Assembly (NCBI RefSeq): GCF_009914755.1
Contig: NC_060934.1
Length of the DNA: 64,000 bases
From: the human T2T-CHM13v2.0 reference genome, Homo sapiens
Reading direction: 5' to 3' (one strand)
The notes beneath the pieces are model-generated. The model worked only from the letters and a program-made list of their open reading frames with translations, was not told the origin of the DNA and searched no databases. Shown here in pieces: positions 1 through 15,508 of the stretch (position 1 is the first letter of the stretch; each line of letters opens with the position of its first letter). Both the position numbers and the translations under genes were made by a program.

Positions 1-27
1 ATCATAGGAACAACAAAGATGTCTCTG

Positions 28-336
28 GGCCGGGTATGGTGGCTCACATCTGTACTCCCAACACTTTAGGAGGCTGAGGCAGGCAGATCCCTTGAGCCCA
101 GGAGTTTGAGACCAGCCTGGGAAACATGGTGAAACTTCACTTCTACAAAAAATACAAAAAGTAGCCCGGCGTGGTGGCATGTGCCATGTAGTCCAGATAC
201 TCAGGAGGCTGAGGTGGGAGGATTGCTTGAGACCAGGAGGTCGAGGCAGTGAGCCCTGTTCGCGCCACTGCACTCCAGCCTGAAGGGCAGAGAGAGACCC
301 TGTTTCCAAAAACAAACAAACCAAAAAAAAAAAAAA
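28..336 (+). mobile_element. AluJ-like SINE
   Basis: Dimeric Alu with A-tail. Confidence 0.9.
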
Positions 337-471
337 GATGTTTCCAGTATAACAATTCTTCATCTTCCATTCCAGCTTCAGCACTGTAAAACGCTATATG
401 TTAAATTTAAAATGACCATGTTAACAACATAACGTCCTATTTCAGAAACTTTAAGCTTACAGAAATCTTAA

Positions 472-843
<372 letters not shown>

Positions 844-1156
844 TTAATTTCATGTACAACAATCTTAGACTACTTATGGCTTTAGAGCATCAAAATTTAA
901 TAGATGCTTCTTAAAATCAAAGGTAATAGACTTTTTGATACAAAAACTGTCTGGTTGTGCTTTTTTTTTTTTTAAATTCCACACAAAACCATAGTCAAAG
1001 CACAATGCCATTTAGCCTGTGAGTCCCCAAAGCTATGCACAGAATTGAATTATTATGCAGAAAATGTCAACTTTGTAGTTAACCACAGCCTTTAGGGGAG
1101 AAAGACAGTAGGATCATAGCTTTTGTATGTGTTTATTTGTGTGCCCATGAGTGGTT

Positions 1157-1180
1157 GTGTGTGTGTGTGTGTGTGTATGT
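1157..1180. repeat. (TG)n microsatellite
   Basis: Direct reading. Confidence 0.9.
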
Positions 1181-2014
1181 TTCACTGAAGCACTCCTCCA
1201 GAGAGTGACCCATCTGATAAGACATCCTCTGTTCATTTGTTATTCATAAATAAATGGCTTGTTTCTGGAATTTTTTTAAAGCACACAGCTAGTGGATGCT
1301 AAAAACAACCTAGAAAGGAGTTAGGAAGTTAAACTAAAAAGATGAATTTAATGTAATAACCATAGCATACTACCATTCTCTCTTTTTTCTACCCACAACA
1401 TTTATTTGTGCAACTATATGGCTGGCCATTTGACTGCTAATGTTTCAGACCAGTATGGCCAAAATACATCACTCTATTTCAGAAAAGAGAGAGATTGTGC
1501 CTAATACTTACAGATGTAAAGTAACCAGTAACTATGCTTATGAACCAATTCTACAGAAATATCAGGAAACAACTAACTGGGCCTAACAACAGAACTAATG
1601 TACAGAGATTTAATAGGCCTTTTACGGGAAGGAGAAACGGCAATATGAGAACTTACTATGTATCCTAATAAAAGTCTCATTATCTCACCCACAGATTTAT
1701 TTTCAATGAAAAGCCTACCTGAGGAGTTCTGTACATAAGTTTTCTATAAAACATTTTATGAAACCACTTAGCCAGCCCAGAGACTCTCAATAAATTATAT
1801 AATAACATCTGGGGTAACAAATCTCTATCCTCAAAGCTGCCATTTGATAGCATAGAAAGCACGCACTTAAATAGTAGAAGACAATAAAAAATGCCAGAGC
1901 TCCTATCAGAAATACTTTGAAGTTTCTCTGATGAAGATTTCTTTAAAGGTTTTCTTTTCACACTAAGGAGATGGTTATATTTTGCTAAAACTCAATGACT
2001 TTTTTGCACAAAGT

Positions 2015-2158
2015 ATAGTTGGCCCTCTGCATCTGTGGATTCAACCAACCTCAGAAAATATAGAATAAAAAATGGATGGTTATATCTGTACTAAACACAT
2101 ACAGACTTTATTTCTGGTTATTATTTCCTACACAATACAGAATAACAACTATTTACAT
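2015..2158 (-). mobile_element. MER2 (Tigger-class DNA transposon) fragment
   Basis: AGTTGGCCCTC...GGATTCAACCAACC...AACAACTATTTACAT resembles a MER2 end. Confidence 0.6.
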
Positions 2159-2212
2159 TTAGAATATATCTAAAAATGCTTAAACAAAAAATTGTCAATA
2201 AGTCAACTGTCC

Positions 2213-3465
<1,253 letters not shown>

Positions 3466-3470
3466 AACTA

Positions 3471-3770
3471 GGCCTGGCAAGATGGCTCATGTCTGTAATC
3501 ACAGCACTTTGGGAGGCTGAGGTGGGAGGATCACTTGAGGCCAGGAGTTCGAGACCAGCCTGGGCACCACACTGAGACCCCCATCTCTACAAAAATAAAA
3601 ATAAAAATAAAAAAATAGCCAGGCATGGTGGCACATGCCAGTAGCCCAGCTACTCGGGAGGCTGAAGCAGAAAGATCACTTGAACCAAGGAGGTCGAGGC
3701 TACGGTGAGCTATGATTGCACCAGGGCACTCCAGCCTGAGCAACAGAGTGAAACCCTTTTTCAAAAAAAC
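3471..3770 (+). mobile_element. AluJ in the L1 A-tail
   Basis: Alu consensus match. Confidence 0.88.
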
Positions 3771-4239
3771 ATTTTTTTTAAATAAGTCAACTGTCCACAC
3801 AAAATAATCCCTTAGACAACTTTCAGCTTCTTAAAAGTGGTCTATCCTGGGCATCCCCTTTGGCTAATTTAACACAAGCCAGCTTGCCTTAAACAGCGCG
3901 GAGGTCATACTCATAACATTTTCTTTATTCTTATGTTTATTGGAGGCAAAGACACAAAATTCTCCTTTGCATAGAGAAAAATAACTAAAACCCCCATCCA
4001 AAGGCAGTTGACTGCGGAGAGGTCTCTAATGACCTAGAACTCATGGGAAAATGCAGACTCCATCAGGCCCAGCTGAAGACAACCGGGTAGTTTTTGTTTT
4101 TTAACAGCTTTATGGCAGTGTAATTGACATACAGGAGAAACAAAAACAAAAACAAACAAAAAAACCCTGCATATATTTAGTGTATACAATTTGATGAGTT
4201 TAAACACCGGACAGACATTTTTAAACTCGTTTTTCAGTT

Positions 4240-5320
4240 GAATGTGCCGCACACCGAGGTTTGGAAACCACCCATGAACTTCTATCCCAATCCACCCGGA
4301 CATAAGGGAGCTGATGGCCCAGGCCCGCGCCTTCCAGCGGGGCAGGCCCAGCGGGGACCAGTTCGGCAGGCGCCTCCCCCAGGGTCTAGGATACCTGCTG
4401 GAAAGCTCGCAGCAGGGCCCGCTCCCGGTCCTGGGCAGGCCCAGGCGCGTCAAGACGCCGCGGCTACCTCTGCGGAGCGCGGCCGCTCGGCCACCAGCCC
4501 CTTCCCGCCCCCCGAGCTCCGCGGCACTGGAGTCCCCGGGCGGTGCCATGCGTCCCTGGAGCGCACGACACTTTCGGGCCCTGGGGACCCCGGGAGGCCG
4601 GGATCTGGCCTGGGGTGGAGGGCGAGGCCAGTCGGCCCCCACCTGCTCACCGGGCAGACTGTACCCGGGCAACGGCTCCCCCCAGCTCCGGCTTTTTGCC
4701 TGAAGCCCCCTGCAGGCAAATTCCGCGTCGCGCGGGGCCGCGGGCGCGCTGCAGTCTCCGAGCCCCAGGAAGCAGAGACCCAGGTAGGCAAAGCCACCGC
4801 CTGGCCGCGTCAGCTCATGTGGGCCTTGAGTCCAGCATCGCGGCCACCTGAAGGAGGAGTGGCAGTGAGCCCTGGGCAGCACAGACCACCACGTGCCCAG
4901 AAACCAGGGATGTTCCTGTCTCCAAACACCCACTCGCGAATCCCTTTAGCTCTTGGTTCAGCCAAGAAAGCTACCAAGCCGCGTGGCTCGGAAGCAGCGC
5001 CTCGTGGGTCACTTTCTGCAGGCTCTGCCTGGGAAACCGAGTTCTTGGAGCCTGGAGATGTTTCTCTAGGCTGACACACCCCTCTCAGGGGCGCCGTCTG
5101 GGGACGCCACCCTCCCCATGTCTCCTTCCTGTCTGTTCATCCACAGTCTGAGAACTTCTCTAGTTCCTCTAGTGGCCCGCCAGCCCAGCTGAGGCTCTCC
5201 AGGGAAGGTAGTGGTGTCTGCAGGGGTGCGAGATCCTCCTCTGCAGCCCTGACTACTCAGCCTAGAGGGGCTTACTGAGGGGTAGAAATCCGAATTTGCA
5301 TGCAAGGCAGCCGCGGCCGT
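4240..5320. promoter_or_regulatory. Orphan CpG island
   Basis: Very GC- and CpG-rich non-repeat segment (e.g. CCGCGTCGCGCGGGGCCGCGGGCGCGC ~4723-4749) in an otherwise CpG-depleted region. Confidence 0.8.
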
Positions 5321-5385
5321 GTGAGCAACCTCCTCTGAAAGCTTCTGGAAGAATGTCTGACTTGTGTAACATTCCTGAGACTTCC

Positions 5386-5664
5386 TTTTTTTCTTTCATT
5401 CTTTTTTTAGAGATGGGGTCTGGCTGTGCTGCCCAGGCTGGTCTATAACTCCTGAGCTCAAGCAATCCTCGAGCCTCAGCCTCCCCAGTAGCTACGACTA
5501 CAGACATGAACCATCACGTCCAGCTAATTTTTAAATTTTTTTGTAGAGAAAGAGTGTCACTATGTTTCCCAGGCTGGTCTTGAACTCCTGGCCTGAAGCA
5601 GTCCTCCCACCTGGGGCTCTCAAAGTGCTAAGATAACAGGGGTGATAAACCACCCCCGCCTGGC
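5386..5664 (-). mobile_element. AluJ-like SINE
   Basis: Reverse Alu. Confidence 0.85.
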
Positions 5665-5889
5665 CCTTTAAGACTTCTTTAGTATCAGATTTCCAAAGCA
5701 CCTCTCTTCAAGCCTTAGAAGATTTGCAAGAAGACCAAAGAAGCACAATGACATCATGATGAACAGGAAAACGGGGCTGCACTGACACCGCCTCAAATTC
5801 CAGTCAGTTCTAATTTTGAGGCCAAGCTATATAGATCCATAAATGATGCCCACTGCTTTGCCCACCACACACATTATCTTTTTTGTGTG

Positions 5890-6073
5890 TGTGTGACAGA
5901 CTCTCGCTCCGTCATCCAGGCTGGAGTGCAGTGACATGATCTTGGCTCACTGCAACCTCTGCCTCCTGGGTTCAAGCAATTCTCCTGCCTCAGCCTCCCA
6001 AGCAGCTGAGATTATAGGTGCCCACCACCAGGCCCGGCTAATTTTGTATTTTTAGTCGAGATGGGATTTCACT
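5890..6073 (-). mobile_element. Truncated Alu (right arm plus part of left)
   Basis: Reverse Alu ending abruptly at ~6073. Confidence 0.85.
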
Positions 6074-6105
6074 AAGTATTTTTCTTTTCTCAATTCTGTT
6101 ATGGT

Positions 6106-6265
6106 AAAATCAATCAAGTTATGCTAAAAATCAGTCAAGCTGTGCTAAAAAAAAAATCAATCAAGTTATGCTAAAAATCAATCAAGCTGTGCTAAAAAAA
6201 ATCAATCAAGTTATGCTAAAAATCAGTCAAGCTGTGCTAAAAAAAAAAGTCAATCGAGTTATGCT
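6106..6265. repeat. Minisatellite, 7 units of A(n)-TCA(A/G)TCAAG(T/C)T(A/G)TGCT
   Basis: Direct reading; two unit types alternate. Confidence 0.9.
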
Positions 6266-6518
6266 GTAACTGCTCCCTGGGAAATACTTACGTCAAAAAA
6301 AAAAAAAAACTAAACATATACTTTCTGACTGCCAAATACCTGACTCTAATTGTGTAGGTCACCTAAACCAGAACATCTTATACCTTGCATTTCATGAAAT
6401 TAGAACAACTTATAGAAAGGATGTTTTTGCTACATTTCAGGCAGTAACAATCCAAGTGCTTTTTAAAGGATTTTTGCCAGTTAAAAGCTTAAGCTTTTGT
6501 AATCACAGCTAAGCACAT

Positions 6519-6539
6519 GCTCTCTCTCTTCTCTCTCTA

Positions 6540-6575
<36 letters not shown>
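6519..6575. repeat. (CT)n/(CA)n microsatellite
   Basis: Direct reading. Confidence 0.9.
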
Positions 6576-6576
<1 letters not shown>

Positions 6577-6780
6577 AAATGAATCTCATTAAGCACTTTT
6601 TTCTCTAGCCACCCTTATTATGCAATTAATAGCACCCAAGCTGAAAGCACCTTTGATGTCTTACTTAAAACTAAACATTAGTGCTATGGTGTTAATGTTT
6701 CTGTTTCCCCTGCCTCCAAATTCATATATTGAAACATAATCTAGAATGCAATAGTATGAAGAGTTGGGGACTTCGGGAGG

Positions 6781-7157
6781 TGTATTAGTCGGTTTTTACA
6801 CTGCTATAATGAACTGCCCGAGACCGGGTAATTTATAAAGGAAGGAGGTTTAATTGATTCACAGTTCAGCATGGCTGGGGAGGCCTCAGGAAACTTACAA
6901 TCATGGCAGAAAGCAAAGGAGAAGCAAGACACCTTCTTCACAAGGTGGCAGGAAGGAGAATGAATGGAGGAGGAACTACCGAACACTTGTAAAACCATCA
7001 GATCTCCTGAGAACTCACTCACTGTCACAAGAACAGCATGGGGGAACTGCCCCCATGATTCAATTACTTCCACCTAGTCTCTTTCTTAAAAAGTGGAGAT
7101 TATGGGGATTGCAATTCAAGATGAGATTTTGGATGTGGACACAACCAAAGCATATCA
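6781..7157 (-). mobile_element. THE1D/MSTA MaLR solo LTR
   Basis: TGTATTAGTC...CATATCA ends; 5-bp TSD GGAGG. Confidence 0.85.
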
Positions 7158-7326
7158 GGAGGTCATTAGGACATAAGGGCTTTGCTTTCCTTTAATCAAT
7201 GGGATAAGTGTCCTTATAAAAGAGACTGGAGGGAGCTCATTAGTCCTTTCCACCATGTGAAGACACATAGAAGGTGCCATTTCTGAGGAATAGGTACTCA
7301 CCAGATGCTGAATTTGCTGGTGCCTT

Positions 7327-7962
7327 TGATATACAAGATATATGAGTTAAGAAGAAACTGTTTAAGCAGAGAGGGTAGGAAATCTTTGGTAAGGTTTTCA
7401 TTTTAATGAAAAGCAACCCCCAAAGCATTTTCTTTTCTAACAAAGAGCAGCCCGTAAAATCAAGCTTGAGACATAGAAAGGCAAGCTAGAAGCTTGCACA
7501 GGTAAATGCAGGTCGCTGTGCCAATAGGGAAGGGGCTACCTGGGGGCTAGTTCAAAATGGGGTCTCCATCTTCCTTTCCCTTGACAACCACCTGTGCAGT
7601 CAGGAGCAGAGAACATTGCCCCCAGGCAAAGACCTCATTTGCATATAAAAGATTAGGGTGGGGTGGCCAGCTTCCCCAGGAGCTGGTAAATGTCACACCT
7701 GGTCCAACCAATCTTTGGGCCCTATGTAAATCAAACACCACCTCCTCAAGCCTGTCTACAAAACCCTGTGCACTCCACTGCGGGCTGGAAGTCCTATTTG
7801 GGCACCCCTCTCTCCCACAGGAGAGAGAGTTGTTTTCCTTTCTCTTTTTTTGCCTATTAAACCTCTATTTCTAAACCCACTTTTCGTGTGTTCAAATACT
7901 CTATTTCCTTGGCATGAGATGACAAACCTCAGGTGTATACCCCAGACAACAACACTGCTTCA
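7327..7962 (+). mobile_element. ERV1 solo LTR (LTR9-like)
   Basis: TG...CA ends; 4-bp TSD CCTT (7323-7326, 7963-7966); CCAAT box and ATTAAA; subfamily from memory. Confidence 0.7.
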
Positions 7963-8217
7963 CCTTGATCTTGGACTTCCCATCCTCCAGAGTTATAAGC
8001 AATAGAAATTTCTGTTGTTTATAAATTACCCAGTCTATGGTATTTTGTTATACAGCCAAACAAAGACAATTAGGAACAAGAAAAAGAGTCAATATTTTCT
8101 CCTTTTTTGGATTATAATTATGTAATAACCACCGTTTATTAAACAGCAATTATGTACCAACTATTTTACATAACTTTCCTTCAAGTCAGACTGTAGCCTT
8201 ATGATGCTATCATTTGT

Positions 8218-8218
<1 letters not shown>

Positions 8219-8249
<31 letters not shown>

Positions 8250-8536
8250 TTCGAGATGGAGTCTCACTCTGTCACCCAGGCTGGAGTGCAGTGGCGCAGT
8301 GGCTCGGTCTTGGCTCACTGCAAGCTCTGCCTCCTGGGTTCACGCCATTCTGCTGCCTCAGCTTCCCAAGTAGCTGGGACTACAGGCGCCCACCACCACA
8401 CCTGGCTAATTTTTAAAAATATTTTTAGTAGAGATGGGGTTTCACCGTGTTAACCAGGATGGTCTCGATCGTGACCTTGTGATCCGCCTGCCTCCCAAAG
8501 TGCTGGGATTATAGGCGTGAGCCACTGCACCCGGCC
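8219..8536 (-). mobile_element. AluY/Sc with a (CA)n-converted tail
   Basis: Reverse Alu preceded by (TG)n. Confidence 0.88.
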
Positions 8537-9239
8537 ATTTATTGTGTATTATGCTTCCTATGTGCAGGGCACTGTGCTAATTTATATATAGTATACTATC
8601 TGACTTTTTCAGAATAATAGCTTTAGCAGACAGCTATTATTATCCCTACTTTGTAAAGAAAATGAACTTTCAATTAATAATTTGTCCAAACACCTATTAT
8701 GTGGAAGTTCTGGAACTCAAACCCTGATCTGTCTGAATCTGAACTCAGTTCTATCAGGATCTAAAGTCTGAATTTTTTCTAGAATATCATCCTTTCTCTC
8801 AATGTTGCCTAATTTTTAGTTGCTTAGGAGGGTTATAAATAAATATCCAGCTTACACTACATTTGCTTTATCCTTTGAGGAAAATTTTTTAAAAAGCTGC
8901 TACTTGCTAAACACCGTGCTCTGTCACCTGAGGCCAGAATGAGGAAATGTAGTGGAGGCAAACTATGTCCTTCTGTAAGTTGGGAGCAGAGTAAATGTAG
9001 ATTGATGTTCAATGTAGATTCTATCTTAACTATTCTGTGTTTTCATTTAATCTGTTATTGTACTGCCCAGTTTACAAATTACACCGTAATTTAGTTTGTC
9101 ACACACCTTTGTAATATAAGTGTGAATTACCCATTCAGGGCTACTAAGAACCTCAACAAGATCTCATAACTTGAGCCAGGTTACAGTTGGCAGAGCTGAT
9201 TCCAAACTGGACTTCAGGCACCAAAACCTGGGTCTTCTT

Positions 9240-10422
<1,183 letters not shown>

Positions 10423-10893
10423 TGATTCAAATAACATTTATTTAACACCTCTGAGACCCCATGCCAAATATTCTTGTGTGCATTCTTATCCCTACCTTAT
10501 GATAACCATTTAAGGTAAGTATTATTCATCTTATAAACTATTAGTTCTCACAAAATAAGAATCCTTTCAAAATAAGAATCCTTGGCCTCCAGGACTTTAC
10601 AGTGTAGGAGGCTGACAGTAAAAGCCATGCTGATTAGAGGTGATGATATTCCCTTGGGACGCACCAAGTGTCTGTGCCGTCTCTCAACCTGTCAGCTCCC
10701 TCTTCTCTTTACTTCATCCTGCAAACCCCATCAGCCATCATGTCTGCATCACTCCTCCTGAAATTCTCAAATCCCTCAGCCCTCCGTCCTCTCCATGAGC
10801 CCCTAAGCAAATGCACCCCCGGGGCTGCAGAGCACACAGCCACTCACACAGGTGCCAGTCATCATTCAGTTTCCACATCCACTGGACCCTTCT

Positions 10894-11264
10894 TTTTTTT
10901 TTTTTTTATACTTTAAGTTCTAGGGTACATGTGCACAACGTGTAGGTTTGTTACATATGTATACATATGCCATGTTGGTGTGCTGCACCCATTAACTCGT
11001 CATTTACTTTAGGTATACCTCCTAATGCTATCCCTCCCCACTCCCCCAACCCCATGACAGGCCCTGGTGTGTGATGTTCTCCTTCCTGTGTCCAAGTGTT
11101 CTCACTGTTCAATTCCCACCTATGAGTGGGAACATATGGTGTTTGGTTTCTTGTCCTTGCGATAGTTAATGGAATACTATGCAGCCATAAAAAAGGATGT
11201 GCTCATGTCATTTGTAGGGACATGGATGAAGCTGGAAACCATCATTCTCAGCAAACTATCACAA
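10894..11264 (-). mobile_element. L1PA with 5' inversion (twin priming)
   Basis: Minus-strand 3' end 10894-11167 plus a plus-strand piece 11169-11264; TSD CCACTGG(A/G)CCCTTCT. Confidence 0.9.
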
Positions 11265-11582
11265 CCACTGGGCCCTTCTAAGTCCCCACTCCCAGTTTTC
11301 TATGTGGTTCTCCACAGCAGCTTTTTGAAACCTCTTACCTCTCAGCATCCTCCTCATTCATCAGGTCCCAACTCCCTCAGCATTCAGCCATTGCAAAGGC
11401 ATCTGTACCTATGTTCATTCCTGCCTTTGTCCTCATTAGCAAGGTTTGGCCTCACTCTTTTCCCCAGAGCTCCAGAATCCATCCTTTTCTGCCCGTATGC
11501 ACCATCTCCCTATCCCTTTTAAGTACCTCCTTTTATAAACATGCATTCTCTATTCTCTGCCCACCCACCACCCCCGCTCGAA

Positions 11583-11858
11583 AGGGTCTGACCCTGTCAC
11601 CCAGGCTGGAATGCATAGGCACAATCATAACTTGCTGCAGCTTCGAACTCTTAACTCAAGCGATCCTCCTGCCTCAGCCTCTTGATTAGCTGTGACCACA
11701 GGTGTGCACTACCGCACTTAACTGATTTTAACATGTTTTTGTAAGGACGAGGTCTCCCTATGTTGCCTAGGCTGATCTTGAACCCCCGGCCTCAAGTGAA
11801 CCCTTGCTTCAGCCTTCCAAAGTGCTGGGATTACAGGCGTGAGCCACCGTACTTGGCC
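11583..11858 (-). mobile_element. AluJ
   Basis: Reverse Alu. Confidence 0.85.
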
Positions 11859-12799
11859 CTCTGTTCTCTCTCATAGTAAATAACAACAACCAAAAAAGGG
11901 CTCTTCCTTAACTGTCTACCCACTTCTAGCTAAAGTCCCTGCATTCTACCCCATCACTCCACTGAAACTTCTCTTGCCCAAGTCATTCACGATTTTCCTG
12001 TTTCTAAAACTAACAGATACTTTTAAGCCCTCGTCTTTCTTGATCCTACTGGAGCATTTGATACCATTCCTCACTCTATTCATTTTCTTTCCAAAGCTTG
12101 AATGGCATTTTTCTCTGACTTCTCAGGTTAGAGGAAAACATCCTTCATGAACTCATCTTCCTCTGCCCATCTGTTAGTGTCTGGTGTTTCCAAGTCCCAT
12201 GCTTGGTCCCTAGCACTGTACTGCAGGCTCACACAACTGTCTATGATGGTCCCTAAGCTCACCTCCCGCTATGCACTCCCTTATAAATTTCATCCCTGGC
12301 TATGCTTTCAATTACTGGATATGCACTGACAACTCCCAAATCTGTATCTCCAGTGCTAGGATTCCTGTTAACCTGCAAGCCCATCATCTTGAATATCTCA
12401 GAGTAAACAGCACCCTCTTCGTCTGGCTCCACATCAAATCTTCACTCTCTCTCAATGAAAGGTACTATCAAGGATAGCATCCTTGTCACTCATAAGGTCC
12501 TTCCAAAGCATCAGTTGCATTTAGCAACAGACACCCGATTCTGATGATTGGGTATGGGGATAGAATTTCCCCATATTTCTCAAGTACCTGAGACACGCTT
12601 CCACAAGTGCATTTTCTTCCAGCTCTATATGATCCCAGTACACCAAACATGACTATTGCTTTGCTACCTTGTGTCAGGAACTACATGTTCTCCACTACCA
12701 CCAGCGATGGAGTTCTCATTTCAACACACCTGGCAGGTGAGCCTGCTCTACAATCTCATTTTAGCCTCTACTTTCTTCACCTTTCCTGTCACCAATGGT

Positions 12800-13210
12800 T
12801 GTAGGTTGGGTTACCTGGAAGCAGAGACTGGGATGAAGATTAGAGTTCAGAAGTTTATCAGAGGATGGTTTCTAGGTAAATGCCTTGGAAGAGAAGCGAT
12901 GAAGCAGGATTGGACAAGGGGAGAAGCTGGTCTACTACGCAGTCTCAAAAAAAGGCCTCAGCCAACTCCACAGGGAGCAACTGGGATGGCCCTTCAGAGT
13001 TGTCCCAGGTTGCAGCAAAGGGGCCAGAACTTTCTGCTCACATGTGGACCAGTTATTGGATGTAGCCAGTGCTCTGAAGTGGGTGGTGATCATAGGCCAG
13101 ACACCTCTCTACAGATGAGGGCAATTTCCAGAAAGAGCTTCTGGTTGCTGGCTATTCGCTGGCAGCACTCCAACCTGCTGGGGACCTGGGCATCTTAGCG
13201 AGCACTACAC
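12800..13210 (-). mobile_element. Old ERVL LTR (LTR16-like)
   Basis: GGAAGCAGAGACTG...GAAGCAGGATTGG...AAGGCCTCAGCCAAC...GGATGGCCCTTCAGAGTTGTCC. Confidence 0.5.
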
Positions 13211-13410
13211 CACTGTACTATTGAGGAAGGCACTTGATTTCTCTGTTTCCTTGTCTGTGAATTGAGGAGGAATAATTGTATTATCTGATAGGGATAAGAA
13301 TTAAGGAAAAAAAAAACAGCCCAGTACCTGGTGAGGCACATGCTAAGCCCTCAATAAGTGTTAAGCTATCATTGTGATTATTATTACTTTATAGGTATAT
13401 TTTATTATAA

Positions 13411-13789
<379 letters not shown>

Positions 13790-15508
13790 TATAAGTTACT
13801 CTTGTATGCTCTCATAGCATCCTACACTCCTACACTTAACATACCATATTATTATCGCCTTCTCATCTGTCTCCCTTACTAGAGTATAAATTCCTTGGAA
13901 GCATTCACCTCTTAGCCTTACCTACAACCTGGCTGGTCTTGCAGCCTGCCCAACCATGGCTACCCGTTCTCTCCTACCTCACACAACTCTGCACAAGGCT
14001 CTGCCATTTTTTCCCCTCCTTGCCACTGTCATCCACCAGCCAGCCTCCAGCCCATCCCACTCACTCATTGAAGGTTTGGACGACTGGCTCACAGTTGCTT
14101 TACATCTCATTTCCTGCTGTCATGTGATGTGACCTCAGTGTCCACAAGGACAATCCAGACAAAATCCTGATCCCTCAGTTCCTTGATCTCCTTACCTCTA
14201 ATGATCATTATCTCGACTCCTCCTCTCCTGCCCATCCCGTATGAGGTGTGCAATTCAGGCTGCACCCCCCTGTGTGGCAAACTGAGTGCTCTGCGCCAAT
14301 AGACCAGGCATCATTCCAACTTCCGATGATCCAGACATCATTCTGATTGGTCAGCACCTTTTTTTTTTACAGTCATTAAATATTTTTAATATTACCCCTA
14401 CCCATGAACATAACCTAAAACATATATGTTCAACTTTTTCCACTATTCTTCAGTCTCACTGAAACCAATCCATTGACTGCTCTGGTTTCTCCAAATTGTT
14501 GGCCTCTTTCCTTCCTTTTTATACTAAATCAGTTTAGAGCTAATGGTCATTCATTTCAGTAAGATGTTAAAAAAAAAAAAAAAGCTTTAAATCTCTTGTC
14601 CCAGTGTCTTTTTGTAGTCCCATTTAGGGTTTGTAAGGTGCTGCTTTCTCCACGGCTCAGGAAAGCCTTGCTAGAGAGAGTCCCATGCCAGGGTTTCTTG
14701 GTAGTCTCCATTAATTCATGATCCCCATCCTCAAATGGTCCCTCAATGTGTCCTCAAAATTCCTCACGTTTCCTACTCAAATTGCTCCCTGGCTTTTTGC
14801 AGTCTCCCAACATGCTTCTCAAAATCTCAAATTCCTTCCTCCTGTCCTCCCTCAATGAGCAAATAAACTAGCCTTTTAATGAATCTTATGAAAAAATGAG
14901 TTAAAATAATACATGCACATTATAACAGGGGAACATCCGAGATATATAAAGAAAAGAAGTCATAATATCTCTGATATTATCCAGCTATAGGCCCATTGCT
15001 CTGAGGAAATCAATGTTAAGAAGCAAGTGGGAATTTCTTGGCAAATTCCTTCAAACTCATATGAACAAATGCAAATATATGGAGACATGTATATGGGGCA
15101 TGTATCTGTTCTGACAACAGTGGGATCATGTTATAGATATTTCTCAGCAGTTTGCTTTTCATAGTTAACCATAACAATGGACATTCCCCACCTTTGCCAA
15201 TATGTATCATATATATGTACATATATGATGTCTATATCATGTCTATATCAAATATATTGTGATATATAGATGCATGTCACTATATAAATTATATCTGAAT
15301 ACATACAAATGTATTATAGAGATAAACCACCTCTGTTTAGCCTGTGCAAAACTCCAGGATAATTTAACTGCATAGCTACTCAAGGCTCCCTCTATCACAA
15401 AGAATTTCCAAACTGCATACCTAAGCAAGGCAGAACAGATCATGATTAACTCAAACATTTAAATACAATCATGTCTAGAGAACTCAAAGTAAAGAACTAG
15501 ACTTTGTA

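Larger units (their letters stand above)
6682..8068 (+). mobile_element. MLT1A-type MaLR LTR split into three pieces by two younger LTRs
   Basis: TGCTATGG start; consensus resumes at 7158 and 7963; ends ...GGTATTTTGTTATACAGCC...GACA. Confidence 0.75.

Noticed and set aside
4034-5079. Long overlapping ORFs (299 aa minus, 278 aa plus and others) in the first CpG island
   Set aside because: Open in several frames on both strands, P/G/R/A-rich with no recognisable domain, and running into an L1 remnant; expected in stop-poor GC-rich DNA.
5080-5180. Possible CTCF motifs in the orphan island
   Set aside because: Only partial matches (e.g. CCACTAGAGG lacking the GGC end).
6106-6265. Repeat array superficially like a CRISPR array
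   Set aside because: No unique spacers, only poly(A) linkers; primate DNA with no cas genes.
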